From an uncultured virus (IMG/VR IMGVR_UViG_3300042887_005898) (lineage: Duplodnaviria; Heunggongvirae; Uroviricota; Caudoviricetes), in the IMG/VR virus record IMGVR_UViG_3300042887_005898: a DNA stretch of 20,000 nucleotides, one strand, 5' to 3'. Positions 16,725-20,000 of the stretch are shown here, piece by piece; the stretch's first letter is position 1; each line of letters begins with the position of its first letter. A program made the position numbers and the translations under genes. The notes under the pieces were generated by a model that saw nothing but the letters and a program-made list of their open reading frames with translations, was not told the DNA's origin and did not search any database.

Positions 16725-17957
16725 ATGAATATAAAAGAAACTTTTTTAAGTCTTACTACTCGAACTTACCCACACGGAACTGAACAAGATTTGTTCCACC
16801 TACTTCCACAAGATTTAGAAGTTGATGATTTCGGAAACCTTTACAAGCAAATCGGTGATAATCCTTCTACTATGTTTGCTTGTCACTTAGATACAGCCAC
16901 TTCAGCAAGAACTACAATTAAACATACTTTTGACGGTAATCTCATCAAAAGTGATGGTACTACAATCTTAGGTGCTGATGATAAAGCCGGTGTTACAATA
17001 CTACTTAATATGATTGAGAATAATATTCCAGGTCTTTATTACTTTTTCTTAGGAGAAGAAGTTGGATGTCAAGGATCTAAGAAAGTTGCTCAACTACACA
17101 AAGACAAACCTTTAGAAAATATTAAAAAAGTAATTTCCTTTGATAGGCGAGGAACTACTTCAATCATTACGCACCAATGTTCTAGTAGATGTTGTTCAGA
17201 TAACTTCGGAAATGCTTTGGCATCTGAATTAAATAGAACAGGTCTTGATGTAGAAGGATTTGACGAAATTGTTTTTGACTATAAGAACGATCCAACAGGA
17301 TTATATACAGACTCTGCACAGTTTACTAAAATTTATCCAGAATGTACAAACATTTCCGTTGGTTATAGAAATGAACATACTTTTGACGAATTTCAAGATA
17401 TCAAACACTTAGAGAAGCTTGCTCAAGCTGTACTTAAAGTTGATTGGGAAAATCTACCAGTTGAAAGAGATCCTTCAAAAGTTGATTATTCATATGGTTA
17501 TGATAACTGGGATGATTATTACAACTATCCAAGTTACAGACCTACTTATAAAGGTGGTACAACAACTACTAATTATCAAAGTGCTTTCGCTACAAAAGGA
17601 TATGATGAAAACATTTGGTTCTTAGATAATGAACACGAAAACTATGTTTCTTGTGTTAAAACAAATACTTACACCAAAAAGGTTTCTAAAACTGATTTGA
17701 GTAAATCAAGAATCAATTTTGAAACAGACCTTATCGGGCAATTTTTAATGTCACTAGATGTTAATTATGAATCATTAAAATGGGATGGATTCAATCTTAC
17801 AGTAAGGTACCGATTAAGTGCAGGTGGACATGTAACTGAATGTGATAGAAATGAATTGTCTGAGTTTTTACCTGAACTAGATTTCTGGAAAAAACATAAT
17901 GAAGAAGAAACTAAAAAAGAATATACCAAAGAAACTTATAAAAACTTTTTTGACTGA
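16725..17957 (+). CDS. M28/M20-family zinc peptidase-like protein
   Basis: [39 protein letters not shown]; start moved to MNIKETF at 16725, downstream of a TATCTTTG element. Confidence 0.82.
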   Translation: MNIKETFLSLTTRTYPHGTEQDLFHLLPQDLEVDDFGNLYKQIGDNPSTMFACHLDTATSARTTIKHTFDGNLIKSDGTTILGADDKAGVTILLNMIENNIPGLYYFFLGEEVGCQGSKKVAQLHKDKPLENIKKVISFDRRGTTSIITHQCSSRCCSDNFGNALASELNRTGLDVEGFDEIVFDYKNDPTGLYTDSAQFTKIYPECTNISVGYRNEHTFDEFQDIKHLEKLAQAVLKVDWENLPVERDPSKVDYSYGYDNWDDYYNYPSYRPTYKGGTTTTNYQSAFATKGYDENIWFLDNEHENYVSCVKTNTYTKKVSKTDLSKSRINFETDLIGQFLMSLDVNYESLKWDGFNLTVRYRLSAGGHVTECDRNELSEFLPELDFWKKHNEEETKKEYTKETYKNFFD

Positions 17958-18763
17958 TGGAAATTGAGAAGATCGTTAGAGAAATTAAAAAGAAGAATTC
18001 TTTTCTATGTGTTGGACTAGATAGCGATATATCTAAAATACCTTCACATTTCAAACAATCTTCTCTTCCTTTATTTGAGTTCAATAAATTTATTATTGAG
18101 TCAACACATGAATATTGTATTGCTTATAAAATAAATACAGCGTTCTATGAGTCAAGAGGTGTAACTGGTTGGAAAGAATTAGAATCAACGATAAGTTATT
18201 TAAACGAAAAACATCCGGATCACTTTACGATTGCAGACGCTAAAAGAGGTGACATAGGTAATACATCAAAGATGTATGGTGAAACATTTTTTAATCACAT
18301 GAAATTCGATTCTATTACTGTTTCTCCTTATATGGGTTATGATAGTGTTTCTCCTTTTTTAGAATATAAAGATAAATGGACAATACTATTGGCTCTTACA
18401 TCTAATATTGGATCAAATGACTTTCAAAAACAAATTTCAGATAATCAATTTCTTTTCGTAAAGGTTTTGGAGACATCTAAAAATTGGTCAGATAATATAA
18501 TGTGGGTTGTTGGTGCTACTAATTCTGATTTACTCAGAAAAGTAAGAGAGATTATTCCTAATGGATTTATATTAGTTCCAGGTGTTGGGTTTCAAGGTGG
18601 ATCTTTGGATGAAGTTGTAAAATACGGAATGAATTCTAACTGTGGTTTAATTGTAAATTCTTCTCGTAATATTATTTATTCCTCTGACCCTAAGTCAGAG
18701 GCACAAAAAATTCAAAAAGAAATGGAAATTCATCTAAAAACTACATTCCAACAAAGTCTCTAA
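17957..18763 (+). CDS. pyrF: orotidine-5'-phosphate decarboxylase (Bacteroidota type)
   Basis: [60 protein letters not shown]. Confidence 0.95.
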   Translation: MEIEKIVREIKKKNSFLCVGLDSDISKIPSHFKQSSLPLFEFNKFIIESTHEYCIAYKINTAFYESRGVTGWKELESTISYLNEKHPDHFTIADAKRGDIGNTSKMYGETFFNHMKFDSITVSPYMGYDSVSPFLEYKDKWTILLALTSNIGSNDFQKQISDNQFLFVKVLETSKNWSDNIMWVVGATNSDLLRKVREIIPNGFILVPGVGFQGGSLDEVVKYGMNSNCGLIVNSSRNIIYSSDPKSEAQKIQKEMEIHLKTTFQQSL

Positions 18764-19796
18764 ATCTTCTAACTAAATTCGGATAATATTTATCCCAAAA
18801 AGTGCCTTGAGTGCTTGTTAATATATGACCTGGTTTTTTGTTATCTCTATCGTTATAGAGTGTACCAGTTCTAATATCTAATCTAGTAAAAGTATCCATA
18901 TATGGATAAACTTTATACTCACCTTTTTTTATCTTAACAGTCATGTCAGCTTCATAGAGTTTACTTTTATATGTAATACTTTTCAAGTATGATTGTCTTT
19001 GATATGTTTTGTGAGCCCAACCTTGTTTTTTTGCATAGTCTGTAAACTTGTGTTCTAAATAATCATCAGAAGTGTAAATTCTATCCATCAAATATTCAAC
19101 ATCTAAATTTTCGTTTTCGTTTTTTGAATATAAACTACCCTTACAACTATTCAATTTCCAAACTAAAGCTCTACCAACTATTTTATTTTCACCATTTTTT
19201 AATTCAGTTAATATTAACATTCTACACACTTCTGGATTTTTAGTATATAAATCAAAAAAGTCTCTTGTGTTCATACAAGAGTTACCAAGTGATCCTTTAC
19301 CTATATAAGCATACTTTTTAACATCGTATGCTGATTTTATATCTTCACCAGATATGATATTGAAGTGAAACTTTACTTCTAAAAATGATTTTAATTTATT
19401 AACAAAAGACTCTATTTGAGAATCATTGTATTTATTACCAAGAATTTTATTAACTAATTTCCCTACTCTTATTTGATTTCTGTTACCTCCATAAACATCT
19501 GGTCCAATACCTTGATTGTCGAATTTATAAATGTCAATATTATCAAGTGGTAGAAAATTTTTATCCATTTGATTGGGTTGATCAAGAAAATTTGATATTT
19601 TTTTTATGGCTTTATCCATTTGAGAAAATGTGATTATGCCGTTTTCATCAATATCAATAAATGTAATATCTTGCGTTATATTTTCACCTTCCATCTGAAA
19701 AATATCGTTAGCAATTGGATCATCAATCTTTGATATAATTGAACTAAAGTTTGGAGAATAATAAAGAAGTGATTCTAATATAGATTCATATTTCAT
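18741..19796 (-). CDS. conserved phage protein of unknown function (SCM / GRALVW / MDRIY / YPYMDTF motifs)
   Basis: 351 aa ORF; TAATATATA at 19809-19801 ends 4 nt before the ATG. Confidence 0.65.
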   Translation of the reverse strand: MKYESILESLLYYSPNFSSIISKIDDPIANDIFQMEGENITQDITFIDIDENGIITFSQMDKAIKKISNFLDQPNQMDKNFLPLDNIDIYKFDNQGIGPDVYGGNRNQIRVGKLVNKILGNKYNDSQIESFVNKLKSFLEVKFHFNIISGEDIKSAYDVKKYAYIGKGSLGNSCMNTRDFFDLYTKNPEVCRMLILTELKNGENKIVGRALVWKLNSCKGSLYSKNENENLDVEYLMDRIYTSDDYLEHKFTDYAKKQGWAHKTYQRQSYLKSITYKSKLYEADMTVKIKKGEYKVYPYMDTFTRLDIRTGTLYNDRDNKKPGHILTSTQGTFWDKYYPNLVRRFRDFVGM

Positions 19797-19816
19797 AAAA
19801 TATATATTAAATAAAA

Positions 19817-19890
19817 TTTGGTGAATATAAAACTATAACATATATTTGCACTATAATAATCGAAAAGAGACAAAAGCTTTTTAATATATA
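19817..19890 (+). promoter_or_regulatory. Bacteroidota promoter (TTTG-N20-TATATTTG) followed by TAATATATA, upstream of leader 3
   Basis: TTTG 19817-19820, TATATTTG 19841-19848, TAATATATA 19882-19890. Confidence 0.75.
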
Positions 19891-19895
19891 AAGAA

Positions 19896-20000
19896 ATGAA
19901 AAACTTAAACAACATATTTGTTAACCAACCGCAACCACAAGTTGTAGTCGATCAGGATACTGATACGATGTTGGCTAACTATGTATTTAAGTTACGATAA
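19896..20000 (+). CDS. putative attenuator leader peptide 3 (MKNLNNIFVNQPQPQVVVDQDTDTMLANYVFKLR, 34 aa)
   Basis: Short ORF ending TAA at 19998-20000; same upstream architecture as leader 2; clustered Q/P/V/D/T codons. Downstream context is outside the window. Confidence 0.6.
   Translation: MKNLNNIFVNQPQPQVVVDQDTDTMLANYVFKLR

Noticed and set aside
1558..17625. Short nested ORFs (1558, 2435, 5061, 5210, 8126, 8495, 11928, 12881, 13131, 16251, 17419)
   Set aside because: All lie inside or opposite well-supported long genes and lack motifs.
1..20000. Stop-codon reassignment or suppressor tRNAs
   Set aside because: Recognisable genes are full length in the standard code and no CUA, UCA or UUA anticodon was found.
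1..20000. CRISPR array, IS element or rRNA
   Set aside because: No spaced direct repeats, transposase motifs or rRNA-like sequence seen.
1..20000. Ordinary Bacteroidota chromosome
   Set aside because: Atypical tRNAs, neck-like protein, free-standing endonuclease, scattered metabolic genes and the TAATATATA motif favour a large phage, although no capsid or terminase gene is in the window to prove it.

Overview
AT-rich window that most likely comes from a large (jumbo-type) tailed phage infecting Bacteroidota. Support: Bacteroidota-type TAnnTTTG promoters, a recurring TAATATATA motif just upstream of many genes, a neck-like virion protein, nrdB, a free-standing endonuclease, a lytic transglycosylase, 11 tRNA genes in two arrays, and host-derived genes (speD, pyrF, an LpxH/PlcP-like hydrolase plus glycosyltransferase, a TonB-dependent receptor and a T9SS-secreted protein). 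The most striking structure: each tRNA array is preceded by a short unannotated leader ORF, an antiterminator hairpin and an intrinsic terminator, and each leader is enriched in codons read by the tRNAs of its own array (Ile/Gly/Ala for array 1; Arg/Asn/Cys/Val/Ile/Thr/Met for array 2). This suggests ribosome-stalling attenuators that switch on phage tRNAs when the matching host tRNAs fail. A third candidate leader sits at the right edge and predicts another array just outside the window. All calls were made by eye; no searches or folding programs were run.
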